A stretch of 64,000 nt of DNA, taken from NCBI GenBank assembly GCA_017446845.1, contig JAFSOQ010000055.1, forward strand, positions 983 through 64,982, read 5' to 3'. Below, one piece after another: positions 26,226 to 35,842 of the stretch. Each line of letters starts with the position of its first letter. The stretch's first letter is position 1. Made by a program: the position numbers and the translations under genes. The stretch is from Selenomonadaceae bacterium. Lineage in GTDB: Bacteria; Bacillota; Negativicutes; Selenomonadales; Selenomonadaceae. A model generated the notes under the pieces. That model made no database searches. It saw only the letters and a program-made list of their open reading frames with translations, and was not told the origin of the DNA.

Positions 26226-26912
26226 TTATTCGCCTGTCAAATCTTTGACAACTTTGCCGGCAAGAATTAATCCCGCAACTGACGGGACAAAAGCTGTGCT
26301 GCCGATAAAATTTTTCACGGGACGCGGAGTTTCGTCCGACCAAACGACTTTTAAATTTTTTATCCCGCGCTCTTTTAATTTCTTGCGCATAATCTTTGCC
26401 ACGGGGTCAATCGACGTTTGAAAAATATCCGAGACTTTAAATCTGGTCGGGTCAAGCTTATTGCCCGCGCCCATGCTTGAAATAATTTTTATCCCGCGAC
26501 GAGTGCACTCCTCGACCAAAAAAATTTTCGCGGTCAAAGTGTCAATCGCGTCGATAACGTAATCATATCGGCAAATAAAAAAATTGTTGACCTCTTCCGT
26601 CGGCAAAAAAAATTTCTGAATCGTATCGACCTGCGCGGCAGGATTTATGTCAAGAATTCGTTCGCGCATGACTTCGACCTTGGACTTGCCGACGGAAGAG
26701 CCGAGCGCGTGAATTTGTCTGTTGATATTGGTTTCGTCAATGTTGTCCTTGTCAATCAAAATCAAATGCCCGACGCCCGAACGCGCCAAAGCTTCGACTG
26801 CAAACGAGCCGACACCGCCCACGCCGAAAATTGCAACCGTCGCCGAAGTCAGCTTGGAAAAATTTTCTTCGCCGATTAAAAGTTTAAGCCGCTGAAATCT
26901 GTCGTCAATCAT
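26226..26912 (-). CDS. tcdA: ThiF/MoeB-family tRNA threonylcarbamoyladenosine dehydratase
   Basis: RLKLLIGEENFSKL...VAIFGVGGVGSFAVEALARSGVGHLILIDKDNIDETNINRQ is typical of TcdA/CsdL. Confidence 0.8.
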   Translation of the reverse strand: MIDDRFQRLKLLIGEENFSKLTSATVAIFGVGGVGSFAVEALARSGVGHLILIDKDNIDETNINRQIHALGSSVGKSKVEVMRERILDINPAAQVDTIQKFFLPTEEVNNFFICRYDYVIDAIDTLTAKIFLVEECTRRGIKIISSMGAGNKLDPTRFKVSDIFQTSIDPVAKIMRKKLKERGIKNLKVVWSDETPRPVKNFIGSTAFVPSVAGLILAGKVVKDLTGE

Positions 26913-28093
26913 TTGTTATCACGCGGACGGAAATTGAACGTCGGCATTTGAAAATTACTTTCGGGCGGAGGAGGAGCGTTGAAATTAAATCCCTTCGACA
27001 CAGCGACCGTTGATTTCGGGACTTCAACCGTCGGCGATTTTAGCGCGAGACTGTCCGCAAAATCCGTCGCGATTATCGTCGCTTGAATCATGCCGTTCAT
27101 GCTCTTATCAATGACAGTGCCCAAAATTATATTTACGTCGTCTTCGGTCTGGCTGAAAATGTAACCGGCGGCGGCGTTCACGTCGTGGATAGGGAGCGTT
27201 TCATCGCCCGTGATGTTCAAAATAATTCCGCGCGCGCCTTTCAACGATTTATCAATCAGCGGACTGTGAATCGCTTCTTTTACGGCTTGCACCGCGCTGA
27301 TTTTACTTCTGCCGATACCGAGGAGCGCGTCGCTTGATTCACTCTGGCGGAAAATCGTCGTCATGTCCGCGAAGTCAACATTAATCACGCCGGTTGTGAG
27401 AATCAGTTCGGCTACGCAACGAATTGCCTGCCGCAAAACAGAATCCGCCGCGTGGAAGGCACTGACCATATTTAAATCTTTGTTTTCGGGGAGCTTCATC
27501 AAATTATCGTTCTTAACGACAATCAGCGCGTCCATGTATGATTGCATACGGACGACGCCTTCAGTGGCAATGCGTTGCTTGCGGCTACCTTCAAATCTGA
27601 AAGGTAAAGTCACAACTCCGACAGTCAATATTCCGAGTTCTTTGGCGAGCCGAGCCACAATCGGAGCCGCGCCCGTTCCTGTTCCGCCGCCCATGCCCGC
27701 CGTTATAAAAATCATATCCGCGCCGACCATCATATCTTTTAAGCGTTCGGAATCACTTTTGGCAGCTTGTTCGCCCAAATCAACTCTGCCGCCCGTGCCG
27801 CGACTTTTAGTCAAAGTTTCGCCGATTTGCACAGTTTTAACTTTGTCGAAATTTAAAACGCTCAATGCGTGCGAATCGGTATTGACCGCGACCAATTCAA
27901 TTTCCAGAAAATCGCTTTCGGCAATTCGTTTCAAGACGCTGTTGCCGCCGCCGCCCACGCCGAACACTTTTATCGTGACGAGGGCTTTTTTTATCGCCGC
28001 GTCGTCTTGAGCCTTCTGTTGATCATTGTTCAGGCGAAGTTTCTTTAACGCCTCCTTGATTTCATTAGCCCCCATATGTTTCGTTCCTCTCAA
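26909..28093 (-). CDS. ftsZ: Cell division protein FtsZ
   Basis: IKVFGVGGGGNS, the GMGGGTGTGAAPIVA tubulin signature and NVDFADM. No ftsA or dcw genes are adjacent. Confidence 0.92.
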   Translation of the reverse strand: MRGTKHMGANEIKEALKKLRLNNDQQKAQDDAAIKKALVTIKVFGVGGGGNSVLKRIAESDFLEIELVAVNTDSHALSVLNFDKVKTVQIGETLTKSRGTGGRVDLGEQAAKSDSERLKDMMVGADMIFITAGMGGGTGTGAAPIVARLAKELGILTVGVVTLPFRFEGSRKQRIATEGVVRMQSYMDALIVVKNDNLMKLPENKDLNMVSAFHAADSVLRQAIRCVAELILTTGVINVDFADMTTIFRQSESSDALLGIGRSKISAVQAVKEAIHSPLIDKSLKGARGIILNITGDETLPIHDVNAAAGYIFSQTEDDVNIILGTVIDKSMNGMIQATIIATDFADSLALKSPTVEVPKSTVAVSKGFNFNAPPPPESNFQMPTFNFRPRDNK

Positions 28094-28135
28094 AAAATAT
28101 TTTTGGCAAATTTCGACGCGCAGTTATAATTTCCT

Positions 28136-29014
28136 TCACAGCGATTTTTTTATAAGCGTCCACTGCGTCGCGAACATGCCGAGCAACATTAACACGCAAC
28201 CGAAAATTTCCCGCGAGGTCATGACTTCGTTAAGGAAGAACCAACCCGCCAATGCTCCGAAGATTGCCTCGAAACTCATCAAGATTGCGGCGGTCGAAGG
28301 CTCCGCGTATCGTTGTCCGTAATTTTGCAACGTGAACGCCACGCCCGAACTCATTATTCCGCCGTAAAGAATCGGAAAAGCCGCCTTCAGCATTGCCGAT
28401 AAGTTTGGAGTTTCAAGCGCGAACATTGCCGCGAAACTCAAAATCATCACGATAAAAATCTGCGCGGTCGACAATTCGATTAAGTCAACTTTTGACGCGA
28501 ATCGGTCGATTAATAAAATTTGCGCCGTCCAGACAAATGCGCTGACAAAAAGTATTGCGTCGCCGAGCTGAATCGAAAAATCTCCGCCGACTGCCAAAAG
28601 ATATAATCCGACGATTGCAAGTCCCGCGCCCAACCAATTTTCACGACGAATTATTTTTCCCAAGAGTTTTGCTCCGAGCGGCACGAAGACTATGTAAAGA
28701 CACGTGATGAACGCCGCCTTGCCCGCCGTCGAATATTGCAGGGCGATTTGTTGCATTGAAGTCGCAATGAACAACACGACGCCGATTATCAGCCCGATTA
28801 AAAATCCGCGTTGATAATTTTTTTTCCGACGTTCCTTAGCCCGATTTTTGCGCGTGAAAATCAAAATTATCAGCAACGATAAAAATCCCGTCAAATATCT
28901 CGGTGCCGCGTATGAAAATGGTCCGATTCCGTCCATGCCTTCAAGTTGTGCTACAAACGTCGTTCCCCAAAAAAACGCTGCGCCCAAAAGCATCAGCGTT
29001 CCTTTTATTTGCAT
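28136..29014 (-). CDS. EamA/DMT-family transporter
   Basis: Ten hydrophobic segments forming two EamA repeats. The start is set at ATG 29014 (GGAGGA upstream), which avoids overlap with the GGDEF gene. Confidence 0.75.
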   Translation of the reverse strand: MQIKGTLMLLGAAFFWGTTFVAQLEGMDGIGPFSYAAPRYLTGFLSLLIILIFTRKNRAKERRKKNYQRGFLIGLIIGVVLFIATSMQQIALQYSTAGKAAFITCLYIVFVPLGAKLLGKIIRRENWLGAGLAIVGLYLLAVGGDFSIQLGDAILFVSAFVWTAQILLIDRFASKVDLIELSTAQIFIVMILSFAAMFALETPNLSAMLKAAFPILYGGIMSSGVAFTLQNYGQRYAEPSTAAILMSFEAIFGALAGWFFLNEVMTSREIFGCVLMLLGMFATQWTLIKKSL

Positions 29015-29036
29015 AAAAAATTTTTCCTCCGTTCGA

Positions 29037-30050
29037 TTAATCCTCAAAGACAACGCGATTTCTTCCCGTGGTTTTGGCACGATAAAGACGCGCGTCCGCT
29101 ATTTTTATATTTTCTTCGGCAGAAAGTTTGAAATCAATTTCCGCGCAACCGAAACTCATTGTCACTCGAATTGCTTTATCCTCGAAATTGCAAACGGAAT
29201 TCAGGACGGCAAGTCTTATCTTCTCCGCCGTGGCAGCCGCGTCAGAAATATTTGCACCCTCAAGGACAAGGATAAATTCTTCGCCGCCCCATCTGTAAGC
29301 ATTGCCGCAAGCCGTCGACAAAATTTTTGCCACGTGAATCAAAACCGCGTCGCCGGCGTTGTGCCCGTAAGTGTCGTTGACCTTTTTAAAAAAATCTATG
29401 TCGCATATGACGATTGACAAGGGCGTTGCACTTTGACTCGTCCGGTAATCGCTGTAGAAGCCGAAACGATTTTTCAGCTCCGTGAGTTTATCGCGTTGAG
29501 AATCGTCCAAAAACATATCGGATTCGAGAGCCATGCCGCAAATAAATGCCGCGATTGAAAGTCGTTTGGTGTCTTCGATTTCGTCGAAGCCTTCGCCGCC
29601 GAGTTTGTTAATGACTTGGAAAGCCCCGATGATTTCGCCGCGACAATTCGATACCGGCATGACGAGAATTGATTTTGTCAAGTAACCTGTTTTCTTGTCG
29701 ACGGCGGAATTAAAGTTCGGGTGCTTGTAAGGGGCGTTCGTCAAAATCGCGCGGTTTTCGGCAAGTGCCTGACCGACCAATCCTGTAGTGTCGCTTATGA
29801 CAATTTGACTTGTACCTGTCGCGGCAGTCGTCATTAAAAGTTGCGCTCGTTTATCCCAACGCCAAAAACTTGCTCTGTCCGCTTCGACCAATGTCCGTCC
29901 CAATTCGGCGAAAATCTCAAATACCTTTAGGTGATTGCCGGGATTGTTTTCGTTCAAGCGCATTTCGTTGTAAAGGCGTTGCATAATGTCGAAGATTTTA
30001 TTCAGCATTTGTTCCGCAGAAAGTTTTTCCATTGCAATTTCCTCTGTCAC
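29037..30050 (-). CDS. GAF-domain diguanylate cyclase (GGDEF)
   Basis: N-terminal GAF-like region (...ADRASFWRWD...ILVMPV...GEIIGAFQV). C-terminal GGDEF domain (DIDFFKKVNDTYGHNAGD, RWGGEEF). Confidence 0.85.
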   Translation of the reverse strand: MTEEIAMEKLSAEQMLNKIFDIMQRLYNEMRLNENNPGNHLKVFEIFAELGRTLVEADRASFWRWDKRAQLLMTTAATGTSQIVISDTTGLVGQALAENRAILTNAPYKHPNFNSAVDKKTGYLTKSILVMPVSNCRGEIIGAFQVINKLGGEGFDEIEDTKRLSIAAFICGMALESDMFLDDSQRDKLTELKNRFGFYSDYRTSQSATPLSIVICDIDFFKKVNDTYGHNAGDAVLIHVAKILSTACGNAYRWGGEEFILVLEGANISDAAATAEKIRLAVLNSVCNFEDKAIRVTMSFGCAEIDFKLSAEENIKIADARLYRAKTTGRNRVVFED

Positions 30051-30841
30051 AAAAAAAATTCATCACCGGCTTTCGCGAACGATATTTTATCGCCAAGCCC
30101 GAAGGTGTTTTCCATTTCTGCAAGTTCTTTATCGGTTCGAAGCGGCGCGTGGTGCACGAAAATTAATTTTTTTGCGGCGGCTTTGTCGGCGATTTTAATT
30201 CCCTCTTCCGGCGTGGAATGCCCGTAACCTTTGTAGCGTTCATATTCAGCCGCCGTGTATTGCGCGTCGTAAAGCAACAGGTCACAATCTTTGGCAAAGT
30301 TCGCCAACGCCTCGCAAGCTTCGGGATTGTGTTCAAAGTCCGTGGCGTGAACGACAGATTTGCCTTTATACGACAGCCGATAAATCGTCGAGCCTTTCGG
30401 GTGTGAGCCTTCCAAAGTTTCGACTTCAACTTCCCCGATAAAAAATTTTTTCGGCAGAAGATGAAAACTTACTTTCGCGGGATAATCTTCAATCTTGCAA
30501 GGCCAGAAAGGATTGGAAATCAATCGGTCAATCGCTTCTTTGGGCATGAGTCCGACTCTTTCGGCGGCGTAAATATCAATCGGTCTGTCCTTTTGAGTCA
30601 ACGCGATAAAAAACGGAAGTCCGACCAAGTGATCCAAGTGCATATGCGTCAACAAAATTGTTATGCGGGAATTCGGTTTGGGCAATGCGCTTACTATGCC
30701 GGAGCCTGCGTCCAAATAAATTTCTTCGTTGCCGATTTGAACTTTGTAGCAGGAAGTCGCGCCGCCGTAAATTGAAAAATTTTTTCCTTCCACGGGCACC
30801 GAGCCGCGTGTCCCCAAAACAGTCAATTTAAAATTTTCCAT
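30047..30841 (-). CDS. MBL-fold metallo-hydrolase (class II cNMP-phosphodiesterase-like motif)
   Basis: LLTHMHLDHLVGLPFF matches the core H-x-H-L-D-H-[LIVM]-x-G of the class II cAMP-PDE signature but diverges afterwards. ATGA-type overlap with the GGDEF gene. Confidence 0.7.
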   Translation of the reverse strand: MENFKLTVLGTRGSVPVEGKNFSIYGGATSCYKVQIGNEEIYLDAGSGIVSALPKPNSRITILLTHMHLDHLVGLPFFIALTQKDRPIDIYAAERVGLMPKEAIDRLISNPFWPCKIEDYPAKVSFHLLPKKFFIGEVEVETLEGSHPKGSTIYRLSYKGKSVVHATDFEHNPEACEALANFAKDCDLLLYDAQYTAAEYERYKGYGHSTPEEGIKIADKAAAKKLIFVHHAPLRTDKELAEMENTFGLGDKISFAKAGDEFFL

Positions 30842-30848
30842 AAAAAAT

Positions 30849-32663
30849 TTAGTCCTCCTCCGTTTCCTCCAGGGAATTGAGAATCAAAACTTCAAAGCCG
30901 TCCGCCTTGCCTTTAAGCTTGACGGTATCGCCCAGCGACGTGACATCTGCCGAACTGCCGAGAACATCTGCCACAGCACGAGAGATAAAAATTTTCCCGC
31001 CGGGAGCATTTGCCTCAAGTCGCGCCGCCGTATTAACGGTATCGCCAATGGCGGTGTAATCCATGCGGAAAGGACTGCCGATATTTCCCACGACCGCGCT
31101 TCCCCAGTGAATACCTACGCCGAAAGCAATTTCACAACCGTAACGACTTTTGAGTTCCGCTTTTAATTTTTCGGAACCTTTAATCATGTCCAAGGCAGCG
31201 CGGCAGGCAAGATGAACAGGTTTATCTTGAGTAAGCGGCGCGTTCCAAAAAGCCATTGTGCAATCGCCGACAAATTTGTCTAAAGTTCCGTGGCGGCGTC
31301 TTATGCAATCGGTTGTAAGCGTCAAGTATTGATTGAGTATCTCGACGACGGCGGGCGCGGGCAGTTGCTCGCTCATGGATGTGAAGCCGCGAATATCCAC
31401 GAAGAGCACGGCGATATTTTTCAACGAGCCGCCGACATCCAAAGCCTCGGTGTTGAGCAGTTGACTCATAATAGTCGGGTCAACGTAGCGTCCGAAAGTT
31501 TCGGTTACCTTGTCCCTCTCTGCGCGGGCGTAAACGTAATTAATCGTGACGGAGCCGACAAATAAAATGCTGACGGCAAGCGGTATCCATAGGACGTGAA
31601 GTATAACAGAGTTTTGATAAAAAATTTTACACAGCCCGAACCAGCCGAAAAAAAACGTTGCCCATGCAATCAAAACAAAATGCATCTTGCTCGTTCCGAA
31701 AAAGACTGCCGCCGTAAAACTCACAAGGAAAAGTATAATCAGCTGAAAATTTTCTCCGACTTCGCGCGGGAAAAAACCTTTCTGAAAAGCTTGAATCGCA
31801 TTGGCATGAATGTTTACGCCGTACATGGAAGAAGAACGATCCAAGACGGTTGAAAATTCATCATTCATACCCGGCAAGTAAAGACCGATAAGTACAATTT
31901 TATTTTGGAAAAAATCTGCGCTCACATTTCCTTCAAGCAGGTCGACGAAACTGATATTGTCGTAACTTTTGGCGGTGAACGGCAGATAATAAATTCCGTT
32001 GCCTTCGGTGAAGGGCGGGGGATTGGGAGAAATTCCTTTGGCTTCACAAAATTTTTCGTAGATAACTCTCGCAAAAGAATAAAGCCGCCCGCGCTCCACA
32101 GTATTTATAAATAAAAGTTGTCGGCGTACAATTCCGTCCGCGTCGAAAGGTTCATATATATGCCCCGTTTCGGTAACTTTTGCCAAAGCGGGGAAGGGCG
32201 AATCCCAAGCCCAAGTCTCATTCCATACGGCGTAAGGGTCGTCGGCGTCAAAATCATCATCGATAACGGCTGCCGAAGCAATTACAATGTTGTCGAATAG
32301 GGCGGCAGTTTTGGCAAGATTTTTGTCGGATTCCGGGTCATTGGAATTATCGCCCGAAAAAAGAAAATCTATCCCTATGACGGCAGGACGCATTTCGGAA
32401 TCAGCGTTGAGATAATTAATTGCCTTCGACATGTCACGCCGAATCCAAGACGACAGGGGTCCGAGTTTATTTATCGTTTTGGAATCAATGCCGACGATGA
32501 CAATATCCGAACTTACTTTTTCGGGTTTTTGGTAAAGCCAATCCGAAACTTTATAATCGAGGTCGTCCAACCCCCCCGGCGATACAATCGCCGTAATTAT
32601 AAAGGCAATCCATATTGAGTGAAGCAAAAGCCACTTCCAAAAAATTTTTACATTTGCAGACAT
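30849..32663 (-). CDS. CHASE2-sensor class III adenylate/guanylate cyclase
   Basis: The order is N-terminal TM, periplasmic CHASE2-like region, 3 TM, then a cyclase domain (VLFVDIRGFTSMSE, GDCTMAFWNAP, DYTAIGDTVNTAARLE). Confidence 0.85.
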   Translation of the reverse strand: MSANVKIFWKWLLLHSIWIAFIITAIVSPGGLDDLDYKVSDWLYQKPEKVSSDIVIVGIDSKTINKLGPLSSWIRRDMSKAINYLNADSEMRPAVIGIDFLFSGDNSNDPESDKNLAKTAALFDNIVIASAAVIDDDFDADDPYAVWNETWAWDSPFPALAKVTETGHIYEPFDADGIVRRQLLFINTVERGRLYSFARVIYEKFCEAKGISPNPPPFTEGNGIYYLPFTAKSYDNISFVDLLEGNVSADFFQNKIVLIGLYLPGMNDEFSTVLDRSSSMYGVNIHANAIQAFQKGFFPREVGENFQLIILFLVSFTAAVFFGTSKMHFVLIAWATFFFGWFGLCKIFYQNSVILHVLWIPLAVSILFVGSVTINYVYARAERDKVTETFGRYVDPTIMSQLLNTEALDVGGSLKNIAVLFVDIRGFTSMSEQLPAPAVVEILNQYLTLTTDCIRRRHGTLDKFVGDCTMAFWNAPLTQDKPVHLACRAALDMIKGSEKLKAELKSRYGCEIAFGVGIHWGSAVVGNIGSPFRMDYTAIGDTVNTAARLEANAPGGKIFISRAVADVLGSSADVTSLGDTVKLKGKADGFEVLILNSLEETEED

Positions 32664-32667
32664 AAGC

Positions 32668-33582
32668 TTACACTCTGGTGCCGCCGATACGATAGCTCGT
32701 GAACACTACGGCACCGTTATCAAGAAAGTGAGTGATTTGATTTTCCGCAAGAATTTTATCGGCATCGCTCGTCGACACTACAGGGCAACTGTTATCGTCC
32801 GACAACTTTTGCGCCCTGATTATCAAAGGATTGCTTCCGGCTCCGGAAATATTTTTTTCAGAACTCGGAGCAGTCAAAAGCTCGGTGTAGGATAGAAAAT
32901 TTTTTCGCGAAAGCAACATGGAGCCGTTATCTTTTTTAACGTAGCTGACCATGCCGTTTGAAATAACTTTGTCGTAATCAAGATTATTGTAGCTGTAAAT
33001 TGAAACATTATCGGCATTGCGAATGACGGGCAATAACACCGGATTTAAATCCAAATCGCCGCAATCGATTATAAGTCCCGTGTAATTTCCCTTAGCGGAA
33101 AAATTTTCGGACGGGAAGGGAAAATTTTCTTTGTTGACAGGTTTAAAAACAGTCTTTGCCAAAGAATCCGTCACGCCAAAAACGGGAACCCGCAAGGTAA
33201 CGACACAGCTGCCGTCCTCGGAAAATTCTTCCGACAAAATTTCTGCGCCCTTAATCACAGCTTCCAATCTGCTCTCAACAATGTCGCCCGTAAGGATTTG
33301 AGATTCTATAGTAGTTTCTGCCGTGATGTGAATTTCTCTGACTTGTTCGGCTAAATTGCGATAACCGTCCATAATTGCGGCTCTGCGAGACAAAATGCGC
33401 GCGTAATTTTTCTTATCAGCTTTTTTTGGCGGAAAGCCGTAGCCCTTGGCAGTGAGCATGTTGTTATTCCACCAATTTGAAGTATTTTCTTCTTGAGCGT
33501 TTGACGAGCACAGCATGCACGTCAAGAAGGTTATCATAATCCAAAAAAGATTTTTTGTTCTCGTGACCCGCATTAGTATCAA
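32668..33582 (-). CDS. Secreted LPP20-like domain protein
   Basis: Signal peptide. GYGFPP...ARILSRRAAIMDGYRNLAEQV...LEAVIKGAEI resembles the LPP20 lipoprotein family. The C-terminal half is unassigned. Confidence 0.45.
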   Translation of the reverse strand: MILMRVTRTKNLFWIMITFLTCMLCSSNAQEENTSNWWNNNMLTAKGYGFPPKKADKKNYARILSRRAAIMDGYRNLAEQVREIHITAETTIESQILTGDIVESRLEAVIKGAEILSEEFSEDGSCVVTLRVPVFGVTDSLAKTVFKPVNKENFPFPSENFSAKGNYTGLIIDCGDLDLNPVLLPVIRNADNVSIYSYNNLDYDKVISNGMVSYVKKDNGSMLLSRKNFLSYTELLTAPSSEKNISGAGSNPLIIRAQKLSDDNSCPVVSTSDADKILAENQITHFLDNGAVVFTSYRIGGTRV

Positions 33583-33595
33583 CCCCCACTAATCG

Positions 33596-34042
33596 CTAAA
33601 GTCGCGTGTTCCACATAATCAGAGCATCTTCGCCGTTGTCAAGATAGTAACCTTTGCGCCGCCCGACGCTTTTTAGTCCGAAACTCGTATAAAGTTTAAT
33701 CGCCGCCGTGTTGCTCGGACGAACTTCCAAAGTTATCGCGGTCGCGCCGCGTGCTTTGACGGCTTTAATCAGTTCGCCGAAAAGAATTGTGCCGATACCT
33801 TGTCCGCGATATTCCGGCTCGACTGCAATGCTCATGACTTCCGCTTGATTGAACGAAACCCACGCGCCCGCATATGCCACGATTTTTCCGTCAAGTTCGC
33901 CGACAATATAAGTTGCAAGTTCGTTCTTTGCCTCGCGCCAAAAATCTTCGCGTTTCCAAGGCATGACGAAACTTTTTTCCTCAATTGCGGCAACGGCGTC
34001 GGCATCATCTTGCGTCATTGCTCGAAAAATAATTTGGCTCAT
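33596..34042 (-). CDS. rimI: Ribosomal-protein-alanine N-acetyltransferase (GNAT)
   Basis: 148 aa. IAVEPEYRGQGIGTILF is the acetyl-CoA motif. It is linked to tsaB and tsaE. Confidence 0.85.
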   Translation of the reverse strand: MSQIIFRAMTQDDADAVAAIEEKSFVMPWKREDFWREAKNELATYIVGELDGKIVAYAGAWVSFNQAEVMSIAVEPEYRGQGIGTILFGELIKAVKARGATAITLEVRPSNTAAIKLYTSFGLKSVGRRKGYYLDNGEDALIMWNTRL

Positions 34043-34171
34043 AAATTTTTACCAACAATCTTTTTCACTGCTTCATATCTTTCGCGGCGCGTCTTCGGTA
34101 AAAAGTTGCGTGCCGATGCTATGAAAAACATTAAACTTGATAAAAAGAATTAACGAATTTAATCTTTTTCT

Positions 34172-34495
34172 TTATACTCCGACAAGGCAGACTTGCCACA
34201 ATAACGGGACTACGCCCTCTATCCCGTCCGCTTTCGGGAATACTTTTCTTATAATTTGAAATGCTCCATTTACATCAGCATTGATTGTCTTTCCGTCAGC
34301 TGTTCTGAATAAACCCCGATGTATTCTTCGCTTTTTGTCATAATTCTCTTTTGTGGGTAACTCATTGTCTAAAAATGACGTACCGCTCGTATAACTTTCC
34401 TCTGTTAAGAGAACCGTTATGCCTTTATCTTCTGCCTTGTACTTAATCATTTCAATGAGCTTCGCAAACGGCAGCAGCCTCTTTCGCGTCCTCAA
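34172..34495 (-). pseudogene. tnpB: IS200/IS605-family TnpB (OrfB) C-terminal remnant
   Basis: The 107 aa end with the RuvC-III region ...LTEESYTSGTSFLD...RGLFRTADGKTINADVNGAFQIIRK. The N-terminal ~300 aa of a normal TnpB are absent. It is wedged between tsaB and rimI. Confidence 0.7.
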
Positions 34496-34498
34496 TTT

Positions 34499-35173
34499 CT
34501 ATTTCTCGGATGGTAAATTGTGCCGTTTCTCCCATAATTCTTCTGCCTCCGCTCGTCGGACATAAAGCGGCTCCAAATTCATCACGTTATCAAATTTTTT
34601 CAAGTCTTCCGCGCAGATTGCAACGCACGACGCTCGCGGCATTTTTAAATTCGGCGGGGCAAGTTTCACGTTCGGCGGCAACGGAATTTTTATTTTGTGG
34701 AGCACGTCGCCGCATAAAAAAATTTCTCCGTCAAGCTTTCCAAGTTCCGCGACCGCCTCATCTGTCGATTTAACTTCCAACTTTGACAGCGGCAAAAAAT
34801 TCTCGAACAGCTGACAGTAAGCCCGATTTTTTTGCGCGTCGATTAGCGGCAAAACTTTCGCCGACGGGAAATTATAAGCCATTGCCTGCAAAGTCGGCAC
34901 ACCGATTATTTTTATTCCCCACGCATATGCCAACGCCTTAGCCGTCGCCAAACCGATTCGCAAGCCTGTGAACGAGCCGGGACCGATACTCACTGCCACT
35001 GCGTCCAAATTTTCAAACGCACCCGAAATTTTTATGACTTCCTCGACTTGTGGCATTAATGTTTCCGAAAAACTTTGCGGCGATTCGCGAAGACTTTCCG
35101 CCAAAATTTTCCCGTCAAAAATTACCGCGACCGAAGCCGCCCGCGTTGAAGTTTCAATTCCCAAAATCCGCAT
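34499..35173 (-). CDS. tsaB: tRNA t6A37 biosynthesis protein TsaB
   Basis: MRILGIETSTRAASVAV... and GPGSFTGLRIGLATAKALA. Confidence 0.9.
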   Translation of the reverse strand: MRILGIETSTRAASVAVIFDGKILAESLRESPQSFSETLMPQVEEVIKISGAFENLDAVAVSIGPGSFTGLRIGLATAKALAYAWGIKIIGVPTLQAMAYNFPSAKVLPLIDAQKNRAYCQLFENFLPLSKLEVKSTDEAVAELGKLDGEIFLCGDVLHKIKIPLPPNVKLAPPNLKMPRASCVAICAEDLKKFDNVMNLEPLYVRRAEAEELWEKRHNLPSEK

Positions 35174-35668
35174 TTAATCATCCTTCGCAACGAAATCCTC
35201 AAGCTCTTTGATAAAATCTTCGTGCTCTTCGCCGACGCAATCAAAAGTTATCCGCCGCATGTTCTTTGAATCTTTGATACGCTCAATTTTTATAACGACG
35301 TAATCTTCGGGCAAAGCTTGCGGAAATTTCTCCGCCCACTCGATAAAGACAATCCCCTCCGGAAAATCGGTGTACTCGTAAAAGCCGATGTCCTCAAGTT
35401 CGTTCTCGCTGTGCAAGCGATAAAGGTCGAAATGAACAATCGGGCAGAAACCTTCGTAGACGCTCATCAAGTTGAAGGTCGGGCTGGTGACTTCGCCTTG
35501 GACGCCGAGTGTCCGCGCCATGCTCTGAACAAAAAGCGTTTTGCCTGCACCCAAACCGCCCTCCAAACAAATTACAGTTCCTTCGCGCACGCGTTGTGCA
35601 ACTTTCGATGCCAATTTTACCGTCCCGTAAGGGGACTGGGTTATGTGGGTAAACAAAACAAACTTCAC
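35174..35668 (-). CDS. tsaE: tRNA t6A37 biosynthesis ATPase TsaE
   Basis: LEGGLGAGKTLFVQ P-loop, SPTFNLMSVYE, HFDLYRL. Confidence 0.9.
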   Translation of the reverse strand: MKFVLFTHITQSPYGTVKLASKVAQRVREGTVICLEGGLGAGKTLFVQSMARTLGVQGEVTSPTFNLMSVYEGFCPIVHFDLYRLHSENELEDIGFYEYTDFPEGIVFIEWAEKFPQALPEDYVVIKIERIKDSKNMRRITFDCVGEEHEDFIKELEDFVAKDD

Positions 35669-35842
35669 TCCTCAAAAAATTTTTCCTGTCCGAATTTTTT
35701 ATCAAACCCCCTCCGCGCCGGAAGGGGAAAATTTTTTTTAGTGATAAGCGCAGTTTATCAAACAGCAAAAAATTTTTCAACATGGAAACGGTTTTTATTG
35801 CGGTTATGTGGTAAAATACGCAAGTTAAGAAAATTTTTGGAG

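Noticed and set aside
30849-32663. CHASE2 cyclase considered as a Pycsar/CBASS-like defence cyclase
   Set aside because: Its membrane sensor architecture and its neighbours (GGDEF, MBL hydrolase) fit ordinary signal transduction. No effector with a TIR, pore-forming TM or nuclease domain is adjacent.
34060-34115. Possible fifth copy of the dispersed repeat downstream of the TnpB remnant (GCGGCGCGTC...AAAAGTTG.GTGC)
   Set aside because: Only two short blocks match. The 9-mer CGGCGCGTC (rc GACGCGCCG) also occurs inside coding regions (about 14866 and 15594), so it is too common here to be diagnostic.
35318-35842. N-terminal 175-aa extension of the 35318-36475 track ORF
   Set aside because: The extension is antisense to tsaE. 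A promoter-like TGgTAAAAT and a GGAG SD precede the internal ATG at 35843.
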